From contig CAYUZE010000005.1 in NCBI GenBank assembly GCA_964449585.1, positions 46,596-110,595 on the forward strand: a stretch of DNA of 64,000 nt. Reading direction: 5' to 3'. The notes under the pieces were generated by a model. It worked only from the letters and a program-made list of their open reading frames with translations, had not been told where the DNA came from and did not search any database. The position numbers were made by a program, and so were the translations under genes. Positions 37,861 through 46,833 of the stretch are shown piece by piece (within the stretch, counting starts at the first letter, position 1; each line of letters starts with the position of its first letter). The stretch comes from an uncultured Gammaproteobacteria bacterium (GTDB lineage Bacteria; Patescibacteriota; Microgenomatia; UBA10105; UBA927).

Positions 37861-38709
37861 ATGAAACGGTTTATCACCTCCATCAGCGAAACGATCATGA
37901 AACGCTATAAGCGGTGGGAGCGTACCCAACCGTTCAGCAAGCGGCAACAGTTTGTCGGCATTACGGGTATTTTGACGATTCTTCTGATGTTGACACAGCT
38001 TATGCCGTTGGATTTCCGTTATCCCATGGTCGGGGCACTGTTTGTCATCAGCTATCTGCTTTGCGCGTTTGCGCTCCGTGATGATCTGCGAGGAGCAGAG
38101 TGGGGAACACTCCTGATCCTCCCTTCGTTTTTCACCGCAGCGGTGGCGGTGTTTTACTTTCTCCTTCCCACTCGCTGGTTGACCCGGCTACCCATTGCCG
38201 TATTGTATGCGGTGGGTATGTATGCGTTGCTTCTCACGGAAAACATTTATAATGTCGCTGCGGCAAGGACAATCGCCCTACTGCGGGCGGCACACTCGGT
38301 CGGCTTCCTTCTTACACTGGCGACGTATTTTCTTTTGGTGCAAACGGTACTTGCGTATCGGTTTTATGGATGGGTAAATGCGCCGCTTATCGGACTGGTT
38401 ACGTATCCGTTGACGCTGCAAATTCTTTGGGCGATAAATCTGGAGCCTGCGGTGGGGAAGAGGGTACGGGAACTTACCCGTATTATCACCCTTGTTCTGT
38501 TTGAACTTGCCTGGATATGTTCATTGCTTCCCGTACGGACGACATTACTGGCGCTTTTCTTGACGGCCTGTTTTTACGGGCTGGCGGGGATGGGGCAACA
38601 GTATTTGGCGGATCGGCTCTATAAGCGCACCGTGTGGGAGTTCTTCGGGGTGGTCGCCATAGTCGGTCTTATTTTGCTTGTCACGTTAAATTGGCGGACC
38701 GCGGTATAA
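37861..38709 (+). CDS. Multi-TM hypothetical membrane protein
   Basis: About 9 TM; LLTENI..V...RTI.L.RAA motif. Confidence 0.75.
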   Translation: MKRFITSISETIMKRYKRWERTQPFSKRQQFVGITGILTILLMLTQLMPLDFRYPMVGALFVISYLLCAFALRDDLRGAEWGTLLILPSFFTAAVAVFYFLLPTRWLTRLPIAVLYAVGMYALLLTENIYNVAAARTIALLRAAHSVGFLLTLATYFLLVQTVLAYRFYGWVNAPLIGLVTYPLTLQILWAINLEPAVGKRVRELTRIITLVLFELAWICSLLPVRTTLLALFLTACFYGLAGMGQQYLADRLYKRTVWEFFGVVAIVGLILLVTLNWRTAV

Positions 38710-38764
38710 ATGCGCAACGTTTGGATTATTTCTTCGGTACCGTCGTTACCTCATTGGCACAAAG

Positions 38765-38938
38765 GTGGGAGAGTGGGAGAGTGATATAGTCTGATATAGT
38801 TGATATAGTTTGATATGGGTAGGGAAAACTATAGGGTACAATGTGGATAATTAATTTCACGGGGTATACGCACTGTTTTCACGATGCCCTGATAGCCTCG
38901 ATTTAGCCTCAACAGAATGGAAAACTATAGGGTAGAGC
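38765..38938. repeat. Tandem and direct repeats at left end of non-coding locus
   Basis: GTGGGAGA x2; TGATATAGT at 38782, 38792, 38801 plus TGATATGG at 38811; GGAAAACTATAGGGTA at 38823 and 38919; TGTGGATAA at 38842. Confidence 0.85.
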
Positions 38939-39025
38939 TGTGCCATTCTGTTCCGGGGAATGCCAGGCATATCGTGTGCTCCCTTCCTCTCCCTTGAGTA
39001 CACAAAGTGTGCGATAAAACATCGA

Positions 39026-39425
39026 TTTGGATTGTTGTGACGCTCTAAATGCGACTATCTACCGCGTTACCGGAGGAGCGAAAGTAGCCTCAAAAAAGTG
39101 AGTTTAGCGCGTATTGATGGGCTAAATAAAACCGAAAACGTGAAGTGCTAGCAGGAGTCACCCGTGGAGCGCTAAGCTATGTGTTTTTATTTGCCTGCTC
39201 ACGAAAGAATGAGAATTGTAAGGCTAAAGTCGCATATATGGAGCGTCAATACGCTCTGTTCTATCATTGCTGGGAAGTTATTTTAATCGAGTATTTAGCC
39301 TCAGTAAATATCGTTTGGAGCGTATTAATGCGCTAAATAGCGACATGTCATGGGTACCGGATGCGCATAGGGCAGGGAGTTTAGCCTCAAAATATTGCAT
39401 TTGGAGCGTATTAATGCGCTAAATA
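39026..39425. repeat. Array of 24-26 bp quasi-palindromic sites
   Basis: TTTGGAGCGTATTAATGCGCTAAATA identical at 39314 and 39400; variants at 39026, 39103, 39237; three copies preceded by (TT)TAGCCTCA with a 10-bp spacer. Confidence 0.85.
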
Positions 39426-39984
39426 ATTTTCACAATAAAAAACCCGAACGCCCATTTTTTGCCTGTTTATTCGCCATACAATCGGGAAGAAATGTTCAAT
39501 CGATCCGCAGCGCATGGAATAGCCACGACGCGTATGCGGAAGAGAGGTGGCTTAGGACCTATCTCCCTCGGTGTGGGAGTGCTGATAAAAACTGCCCCTG
39601 GCTCTGGGGCAATTTTGGCGGTTTCCCTGCCCGGGGGAAGAACTTGCTATGTAGTCGCACAATAATACTTTTGCGACGTTACGAAAAAGACCCTGCCCGG
39701 AGAAGTGGTTTATCCGACCGTATTGTCGTTCCATTGTTTTTGTCATTTGGTTTGTACAAACGGATGCACATTGCGGCAAATATTTCGTATATATTCCCCG
39801 GTTTGTCCGACGGCTATTTTTTGTCCGATATTTTTTACGGTCGTCGGCGCCATCGTCCGTATTTTGCCCGGTTATCCCGTCAAAACGCGCTAACCTGTTT
39901 TCTGTCGGATACATGAGATGATCGCTCATACGTCTTTCGTAAATCAGGGGCCTTCTAGGTCATTACAGGGGCTCAAATTTGAGG

Positions 39985-40683
39985 CTATTTTTGATGAAAC
40001 CGATAGGTGCCAAAAACCCTGGTTTTCGACGGGTGTGCACCCGCGTTTGTGGTAATAAGCGATACTTCATTTGCAGTAATGTTCCCAAACGGCATGTCGG
40101 TATATGCGGTAAGTTGTTCAAGAAATTTCTGTTGCGGCGTATGGGTATATCGGCAGATGGTGATATTGGCAAATACCATTTCATCGGTAAAATAGGTTTT
40201 GTCATCGGGCACGCCGGTTACGACAAGTTGGTGCCGCAAGGTGCGTACGAACGCATCATACCGAGGCTCGATGAGTGCGATAACGGAAATACTCGTCGGC
40301 ATGCTGAGTATGCCGAACAAGGGAAAAGAAAACGGTTCATAAGCCGGTACGACGGCGCCAATTGCCGTATCTGCCTTGGTGATATCAGCCGAAGTAAAAT
40401 GCGGCGGATTGTTGATCACGCGAACGTTTTGAATTGTCAAATGCAGACTGTCGCGGTTGTAATAGTAAAAATTCGGCTCAATGGTTTGGAGCGTTTTGAT
40501 AATCTTTTCGTAGATAACAGTTGCAACATCTTTGCCGACGAACGATACTGCCGTCAGACATAACTGCGGATCGTTCGCATAATCCGTTTGCATCGGAACG
40601 ATGGTTGAGGAAGTGCTTCCGCGGGAAAGGGATGACTCCATTTGGCGCATCAAAACAAGCTGTCTTTTCTGGTATGAGGTCAT
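39985..40683 (-). CDS. 2H phosphoesterase (2'-5' RNA ligase superfamily)-like protein
   Basis: LHLTI first HxT motif; second motif reads ANITI. Confidence 0.65.
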   Translation of the reverse strand: MTSYQKRQLVLMRQMESSLSRGSTSSTIVPMQTDYANDPQLCLTAVSFVGKDVATVIYEKIIKTLQTIEPNFYYYNRDSLHLTIQNVRVINNPPHFTSADITKADTAIGAVVPAYEPFSFPLFGILSMPTSISVIALIEPRYDAFVRTLRHQLVVTGVPDDKTYFTDEMVFANITICRYTHTPQQKFLEQLTAYTDMPFGNITANEVSLITTNAGAHPSKTRVFGTYRFHQK

Positions 40684-40744
40684 GAAAATATTCTACCATA
40701 TTGACATGACTCTGATGTCGTACAATTATAGATTGTAACGACGT

Positions 40745-41698
40745 ATGGATATTGATGCGCTTATTAAAGACTTTCTGGAATACCTAGAAATTGAGCGAAA
40801 TGTTTCGCGACTTACCATTCGCAACTATTCGCATTATTTGGGGCGTTTTTTTCACTTTTTGACCGGTCCCCGCGACCCCTCCTCCCCTCCCCTGTCCGTG
40901 AAAATCGTGAAAATTTCGGAGATCAATCCGGAAAATATTCGGCAATACCGTTTGTATTTGGCGCGATTTGTCGATGAAAAAGGCATGAGTCTCAAACGCG
41001 TCACGCAAAATTATCACCTCATTGCATTACGCAGTTTCCTCAAGTATCTGGCAAAACGCGATATTGCTACCGTCTCGCCGGATAAAATCGACCTTCCGAA
41101 GGCGGAAAGTCGTTCTATCAAATTTTTGGAACACAACGACATGGAGCGTCTCCTCAATATGCCCGATATGAATACCAAAGAAGGAGTGCGGGACAAAGCG
41201 ATGCTTGAAGTGCTTTTTTCGACGGGGCTCCGCGTCTCCGAATTGGTGAGTCTCAACCGTGATCAGATCAATCTTGATCGACGTGAATTTAGCGTCATCG
41301 GAAAAGGTAGACGCACGCGCATCGTCTTTTTGTCGGAACGGGCGGCAGAATGGTTACGCAAATATCTTGCTACCCGCGAAGACGATCTTCGGCCGGTCTT
41401 TATCCGGTATAGCGGCAAGACGCCCGACGAACACGATACAACGGGAGAATCGGTGCGGCTAACCTCCCGTTCCGTACAACGATGCGTCGAAAAATACGTC
41501 AAGAAAGCAAAGCTGCTGGTCAAAATTACCCCGCACGGACTGCGGCATACGTTTGCCACCGATTTGTTGGGCAACGGCGCCGATCTCCGGGCGATCCAGG
41601 AGTTATTGGGGCATAAAAACGTCTCCACTACCCAAATCTATACGCATATCACCAATCCGCAGCTGAAGGAAATTCACGACAAATTTCATAGCAAATGA
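40745..41698 (+). CDS. XerC/XerD-family tyrosine recombinase
   Basis: SAM-like N-domain, TGLRVSEL, GKG, HGLRHTFAT, LGH, TTQIY. Confidence 0.95.
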   Translation: MDIDALIKDFLEYLEIERNVSRLTIRNYSHYLGRFFHFLTGPRDPSSPPLSVKIVKISEINPENIRQYRLYLARFVDEKGMSLKRVTQNYHLIALRSFLKYLAKRDIATVSPDKIDLPKAESRSIKFLEHNDMERLLNMPDMNTKEGVRDKAMLEVLFSTGLRVSELVSLNRDQINLDRREFSVIGKGRRTRIVFLSERAAEWLRKYLATREDDLRPVFIRYSGKTPDEHDTTGESVRLTSRSVQRCVEKYVKKAKLLVKITPHGLRHTFATDLLGNGADLRAIQELLGHKNVSTTQIYTHITNPQLKEIHDKFHSK

Positions 41699-42732
41699 CC
41701 CAAAAAACAAATCTCTCAGGGCTTCGGGTAACGGTCTTGTACAATAAGCCTTCTGCCAGATTTTCCCGTGACGCGACGCATGTGGTAGCCGAAGAGGACA
41801 CTGAGGAATCGGCACACGAAATAGCCGAAGCGCTCAAGCGAAAAGGCATGGTTCCCATGCTTGCGCCGATTACCGAACATACCAGCCGTACAGTGATCGA
41901 AAATCTTCCCGATGATTTAGTATTCAATCTTATCGAGTGGACTGGCATTGACACGCCGTACGCGATCAAGGCATATGAGTACATGCACGCGAGGAATCTT
42001 TTTTATACCGGAGCAGCCCTTGATACGTATTTGCTTTCCTGCGATAAATCGGTGATGAAAGCGCGGCTTGATGAAGAACACCTTCCCACGGCTCGGTGGC
42101 AGCTTTTTAAAACGGGTGAGGAAACGGTACGCGAGGATTTTCATTACCCCTTAATCGTCAAAGTCAGCAGCGAACATTCCAGCGTGGGACTGACGAAAGA
42201 AGCGGTCGTACGAAATGTCGCTGAAGTAAAAACGATGGTGAAGAAACGGCTTGCCGAATACCGCCAACCGGTATATATAGAGGAGTTCCTGACGGGACGT
42301 GAATTTCAGGTGACGTTACTTGAGCGCGAAGGCGGGCTCGCCGTACTGCCGATTTCGGAAGTGCAATACACGAAAACAACCGATGTGCCGTTTTTGACCT
42401 ACAACAGCAGGTGGGATGCGACGCATCACGACTATGATAATTCACGGGTGCTGCTGGCAAAGCTGACCCCTGATATGGCAAAGAAAATGCACGACATGAG
42501 TGTGAGGGCATTTCGTACGTTCGGCTACCGTGATTATGCCCGCTTTGATGTACGATGCAACGGTGACGAACCGATGTTCCTGGAGATAAACTCCAACCCG
42601 GGGTTAAGCGATGATGAAGAATACGGTATGACCGTTTCCTACAAGGCGGTCGGCATGACATTTGCCGATGTCGTAGAAGCAATCGTCCGTTCGGCGCTCC
42701 GGCGCAAAAAGGGCATCACGGCTACGGGATAA
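41695..42732 (+). CDS. ATP-grasp enzyme, D-Ala-D-Ala ligase-like
   Basis: VFNL.E, YTG, DK, PLIVK, IEEFL.GREF, YARFD.R, LEINSNP. Confidence 0.85.
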   Translation: MTQKTNLSGLRVTVLYNKPSARFSRDATHVVAEEDTEESAHEIAEALKRKGMVPMLAPITEHTSRTVIENLPDDLVFNLIEWTGIDTPYAIKAYEYMHARNLFYTGAALDTYLLSCDKSVMKARLDEEHLPTARWQLFKTGEETVREDFHYPLIVKVSSEHSSVGLTKEAVVRNVAEVKTMVKKRLAEYRQPVYIEEFLTGREFQVTLLEREGGLAVLPISEVQYTKTTDVPFLTYNSRWDATHHDYDNSRVLLAKLTPDMAKKMHDMSVRAFRTFGYRDYARFDVRCNGDEPMFLEINSNPGLSDDEEYGMTVSYKAVGMTFADVVEAIVRSALRRKKGITATG

Positions 42733-43315
42733 ATACCCGTGCGGTCTCGGTGCGGAAGTACGGGAGGGATTCCGGATCACGGGCGACCACCATCATTAGT
42801 TGCGGCTGCCATTTTCTGATGAGGCGAAATTTTTTACCGTTTTTTTTCAGTTTTTTCCGCTTATAGTCAAAGTCCCACCATCGCGCGCGAAAATCACTCC
42901 AGTCATAGGACTTTCGTTTCCCGGTCGCACTATCAAAAAGGACAATCCGTGACTTGCTGGAAAGATACGAGGCGACCATTGCCCAGTGTCCGCTCTCTTC
43001 CTGCGGACGATATTTATCATCCAAATCGTAGAGGTAGGATACGATTACCGCCCGTTGTTCTTTCGGACGATATTTGAGCGCACTCTGCAAATGTTGGAGC
43101 GTCGCGTACTCCATGACCATGACACAGAGGCCGAGTTTGTTTGCGGCTTCTATCATGTGTTTTGTAGAGGTGCCGTTCCTTCCCGTTTTGCAGAGGGTGA
43201 TCAAACGTTTCATGGAAACGCGAAGACCCAAATATTCCGCAACATGCTTAAGCGACGTCGGGCCGCAGGTTATGTCGTCGGGTTGTTGGATTGGTTTGAT
43301 GTTTTTTCTACCCAT
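42722..43315 (-). CDS. Stand-alone C39-like cysteine peptidase
   Basis: QQ....CGP (Cys), GT, GHW (His), FDS (Asp). Confidence 0.8.
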   Translation of the reverse strand: MGRKNIKPIQQPDDITCGPTSLKHVAEYLGLRVSMKRLITLCKTGRNGTSTKHMIEAANKLGLCVMVMEYATLQHLQSALKYRPKEQRAVIVSYLYDLDDKYRPQEESGHWAMVASYLSSKSRIVLFDSATGKRKSYDWSDFRARWWDFDYKRKKLKKNGKKFRLIRKWQPQLMMVVARDPESLPYFRTETARVFIP

Positions 43316-43316
43316 A

Positions 43317-43396
43317 GTAATGAATATGCCGACGATATAAAAAAACGAGAGTGTCCTTGCGGAGCGAAATCCTGCGCCGCAGGACGTTTCGAATAA
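43317..43396 (+). pseudogene. Probable remnant of SET-domain gene C-terminus (post-SET)
   Basis: Reads SNEYADDIKKRECPCGAKSCAAGRFE*, CxCGxxxC pattern; no SET body upstream. Confidence 0.4.
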
Positions 43397-43489
43397 CCAT
43401 TTTACCCCGCCGAAAAATCGCCATCAAGACCTATAGTTGGTCAATTGACAGTTTGAAGCTAATCCCGCAGGCGTGCGGGTTGCCTGAGG

Positions 43490-44227
43490 TTACTGGATCT
43501 CGTAGCTTACGCTCACGTTCACCGAAAGCTCGGATGTACCGGGTTCCACTTCGGTAGGCGCCCCGCCGCCGGAAATCGGCATGGCTTTTTCCGCGGTATC
43601 GTACATCATCGGTCTTGGGGCGGCACCGTTTCCCTCACTGTAATTGATGACGCGGCCGAGCGTAAATCCTGCTGCCTTTGCCGCGGCTTCCGCTTTTGCT
43701 TTGGCATCGGCAACCGCCGCTTCGCGAGCCTGGTTTTCAGCTTTTGTTTTGTCATCAACGTCAAAACTCACGCCGCCGACTTCATTTGCACCTTCGCGGG
43801 TGGCGGCATCGATAACGCTGTTTGCCGTGTCGATCTTCCGTACTTTGACGGTAAGATTCGAGCTTGCCTGATAGCCGGTTATCCGTTGCGAGCTTGCGGA
43901 ATAGTCATACATCGGAGAGATGTGATAGTAACTTGTCTTGATATCTTTCGCATCCACCCCAAGCTTTTTCACCGCACTACTAATCGCGTTCATTTTTGTA
44001 TTGAGTTCGTCTTGCACTTTGGTAACGGTTGCTCCCTGTGCGGACACGCCCAACGAAACAACGGCAACATCGGGAATCATCGTCACTTTTCCCTCGCCGT
44101 GTACGGTAAAGGTATCGGTCTTGGTGGTCGTGACGCTGTTTATGGAAAACGGGAGGGGTCCCGCGAGTTTTGTATAGGCAAACAGCATAATGAAGAAAAG
44201 AACGATTGCGCCGGATATATCTTTCAT
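43490..44227 (-). CDS. SIMPL/DUF541 domain protein
   Basis: V.GEG.V...PD, DIKT, AV.DA..KA, LG.V, V.V.Y. Confidence 0.9.
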   Translation of the reverse strand: MKDISGAIVLFFIMLFAYTKLAGPLPFSINSVTTTKTDTFTVHGEGKVTMIPDVAVVSLGVSAQGATVTKVQDELNTKMNAISSAVKKLGVDAKDIKTSYYHISPMYDYSASSQRITGYQASSNLTVKVRKIDTANSVIDAATREGANEVGGVSFDVDDKTKAENQAREAAVADAKAKAEAAAKAAGFTLGRVINYSEGNGAAPRPMMYDTAEKAMPISGGGAPTEVEPGTSELSVNVSVSYEIQ

Positions 44228-45093
44228 ACGGTACCTCCTTGCTGTATAGTACATGCTTTTACGAGATTTTGCATAAGACATGCGACGTTGACCGGTCCGA
44301 CCCCTCCGGGGGTCGGCGTATAGTGGGATGCAACGGATGCAATATCCGCTTCATCATAATCCCCCCGAAGCTTCCCCTCGGTATCCCGCCAAATCCCGAC
44401 GCTGATAAGGATCGCTCCTTTTCGCACCGCCGGGGCGGAAACGACCGCCTGTTTTCCGACGCAGGAAATGATGATTTCGGAAGAAGCGAGCACTTCGTTC
44501 GGATCAGGGGTTTGTGAATGGATTATAGACGTCGCACAATCATGCTTTTCGAAATAGCGGCGGATGGGCTCCCCTGCCGTTTCTCCTCTGCCGATAATGG
44601 TGATTTTTTTCGTACGAAGCCACTGCCAAATCGCCTCTTCAGTAACAGCGATTTCTAAAGTTTCCTTGGCAACAACCGCAAGTATCTCCCCTACCGCAAG
44701 GGCGACGGGTACTTCATACGGACTACCGGGGAGAAACCCGTCAATATCTTTTTCTGCACGGATCTTTTTTAACACATCGGCAACACCTCCCACCTCGGTG
44801 GGGATAGGCCGTTGGACGATAAGACCGTGAACCGCGTTATCTTTATTGAACCGGTTGATCAGATTGTAGAGTCCGCCTGAGGTAAGGGACGGAGGGTGTT
44901 GTTCAAAAATGACACGGGCACCTATTCGTTCAGCCGCTTTTTGCTTTTGTTTAATGTAGGCAAGACTTGCCGGGTCATCTCCTACGAGAATGACGGCAAG
45001 AGTGGGCATGCTCCCCTGCTTTGTGAGGACGTTACCCTCTTGGGTAAGTTCGGTGAGGATTCGGTCAGCGATGAGTTTTCCGTCGATACGCAT
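44224..45093 (-). CDS. folD: Methylenetetrahydrofolate dehydrogenase/cyclohydrolase
   Basis: IDGK, VGDDPAS..Y...K, KDIDG, TPTPGGVGP. Confidence 0.93.
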   Translation of the reverse strand: MRIDGKLIADRILTELTQEGNVLTKQGSMPTLAVILVGDDPASLAYIKQKQKAAERIGARVIFEQHPPSLTSGGLYNLINRFNKDNAVHGLIVQRPIPTEVGGVADVLKKIRAEKDIDGFLPGSPYEVPVALAVGEILAVVAKETLEIAVTEEAIWQWLRTKKITIIGRGETAGEPIRRYFEKHDCATSIIHSQTPDPNEVLASSEIIISCVGKQAVVSAPAVRKGAILISVGIWRDTEGKLRGDYDEADIASVASHYTPTPGGVGPVNVACLMQNLVKACTIQQGGTV

Positions 45094-45976
45094 ACAGGCG
45101 TTCAGCCAGTGCCGACCAGTTGAGTTCAGGGAGCACCATGGCAGTGATAATCAGTATACCGCCAAGCATTGCGGGAAGCGAGGGGGTGGTTTTAAACATG
45201 ACGGCATCAAACAGCAAGACAAACACAATTTCACTCAACATAACAAGGCTTCCCAATTGCGCGTCCAATTTGCGAAAACCGTGGATAACAAGGAGGGCGG
45301 TGAGGATAAAAATAACGCCGATAAGCAAACTGGCTCCTTGGGCAGATGACACTTCGGTAATCGGCCAAGGTTCTTTCATTGCGTATGAAATCGCCATAAA
45401 GAGCGGTACCGCCAATGCGTTATCAAGAAAAGTAAGTTGGATTGCAGGATAGTCCGTAATTTTTTTTGAGGAGATTCCCCAAAACGACGAGGATACTCCC
45501 GAAAGGAATGCTAACAGTACAAAGAACGGTCCGTGGAGCGATACGCCGACGCCGTACACCAGAAGCAATCCCAAAAGCGCCAATCCCAATGATACCCATC
45601 GAAGCGGCGTCGTTTTTTCTCCGAACATGATCGCGCCCAGGGCAAATCCCGCAACCGTCATTCCGCCGTAAAAAATAAAATACGAGAGGCTGACGGGTAA
45701 CACGTTTACCGTCACAAAAAACAAAATAAACGATGTACTTCCCGCGAGCATCCGGAGCACAATCCAAAGCCATGCGGTTTTTTTAATCGGCAACCATGTT
45801 TTGTAGCTCCATACGATTAGAAGCGCCGCCAAAAGATATTTTGTCCAGCTCTGATAAAACAACGGCAGCGAGTAGCCGATGAATTTTGATATGAACCCAA
45901 CGGTCGCATACAAAAATGTCGCGCCGATAAGGCTGGCCATACCGCTGATATGGTTTTTTGTTATTGCGCGTTTCAT
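45065..45976 (-). CDS. DMT/EamA family transporter
   Basis: 10 TM, two-repeat pattern. Confidence 0.85.
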   Translation of the reverse strand: MKRAITKNHISGMASLIGATFLYATVGFISKFIGYSLPLFYQSWTKYLLAALLIVWSYKTWLPIKKTAWLWIVLRMLAGSTSFILFFVTVNVLPVSLSYFIFYGGMTVAGFALGAIMFGEKTTPLRWVSLGLALLGLLLVYGVGVSLHGPFFVLLAFLSGVSSSFWGISSKKITDYPAIQLTFLDNALAVPLFMAISYAMKEPWPITEVSSAQGASLLIGVIFILTALLVIHGFRKLDAQLGSLVMLSEIVFVLLFDAVMFKTTPSLPAMLGGILIITAMVLPELNWSALAERLYAYRRKTHR

Positions 45977-46068
45977 GCGGCTAAGTATAGCATCTTCTCC
46001 GTTTTATCAGGTAGCCGTTGACATTGTAGAGGTAATCCTCTGTAATGGAAGGAAGAGGAGTTTTTTTT

Positions 46069-46812
46069 ATGGAAAATAAATCAACCAGTGTTGCCATTAT
46101 CGTAAGTGCGGTGCTTTTTGTCGTTCTTTTGGGAGCGGGAGGCATGTTTCTGCCGTCTTGGGGAAAACTTGAGCTTGCGCCGACAAAGACCGTGACGGTG
46201 GTGGGAGAAGCAAAATCGCAGGAAAAAAGCCAGATTGCCGTCTTTTCTGCCGGTGTTAATGCGTTTAGCGATGACAAAAATACGGCGGTAAGTGACGTCA
46301 ATAAAAAAGTTGAAGCGATTATCACGGCGGTTAAGGAATTCGGCGTACCGGTTGCAGATATAAAGACCCAGAGCCTCAATATATATCAGAATCAAGAGCA
46401 GTATTATGATACCGACGGTCGGCAACGGTATCGAGCGGGACAATGGAATGTAAGTAACACGGTTGAAATAAAGTTGAAGGATGTGGATCGTGCCGGCACC
46501 CTAGCCAGTGTGCTGACAAAGACCGGCGCCAATAACGTCTATGGCCCGAACTTTACGTTTGACGATACCAGCGAGCAGGCAACGGCACTTTTGGATGCCG
46601 CCTATAAAAATGCAGAAGCGAAAGCCATGAAAGTCGCCCAGAGCACGGGAAAGAAATTAGGAAGTGTGGTGAGTGTGTCCGAGGCGGGTGCCGCCTCGCA
46701 GGTGATGCCGCTGTATCGTATGGAAGGCGGCGGTGGCGGCGGTGGAGGTGCCGTTGAACCGGGTAGCGGGACGGTAAGTAAAACCGTAACCGTCACTTTT
46801 GAACTGAAGTAA
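46069..46812 (+). CDS. SIMPL/DUF541 domain protein (second paralog)
   Basis: VTVVGEA, DIKT, GAN...GP.F, LG.V; GAGGAG SD; Gly8 run. Confidence 0.88.
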   Translation: MENKSTSVAIIVSAVLFVVLLGAGGMFLPSWGKLELAPTKTVTVVGEAKSQEKSQIAVFSAGVNAFSDDKNTAVSDVNKKVEAIITAVKEFGVPVADIKTQSLNIYQNQEQYYDTDGRQRYRAGQWNVSNTVEIKLKDVDRAGTLASVLTKTGANNVYGPNFTFDDTSEQATALLDAAYKNAEAKAMKVAQSTGKKLGSVVSVSEAGAASQVMPLYRMEGGGGGGGGAVEPGSGTVSKTVTVTFELK

Positions 46813-46833
46813 AGCGCGCTATACTGGCACGCA

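Noticed and set aside
39026-39425. CRISPR array
   Set aside because: Only two identical units, irregular spacing, conserved motifs inside the would-be spacers, and no cas genes in the window.
39145-39929. ORFs 39145-39336, 39395-39916 and 39552-39929 as real genes
   Set aside because: They overlap repeats and hairpins, have atypical composition and mostly non-ATG starts, and show no motifs.
38710-39984. tmRNA, RNase P RNA or group I/II intron
   Set aside because: No tRNA-like ends, no GAGGAAAGUCC or P4 signature, and no recognisable intron core or domain V.
40745-41698. Integron integrase or island integrase
   Set aside because: No IntI-specific insertion or attC cassettes seen; host-like composition; looks like chromosomal Xer.
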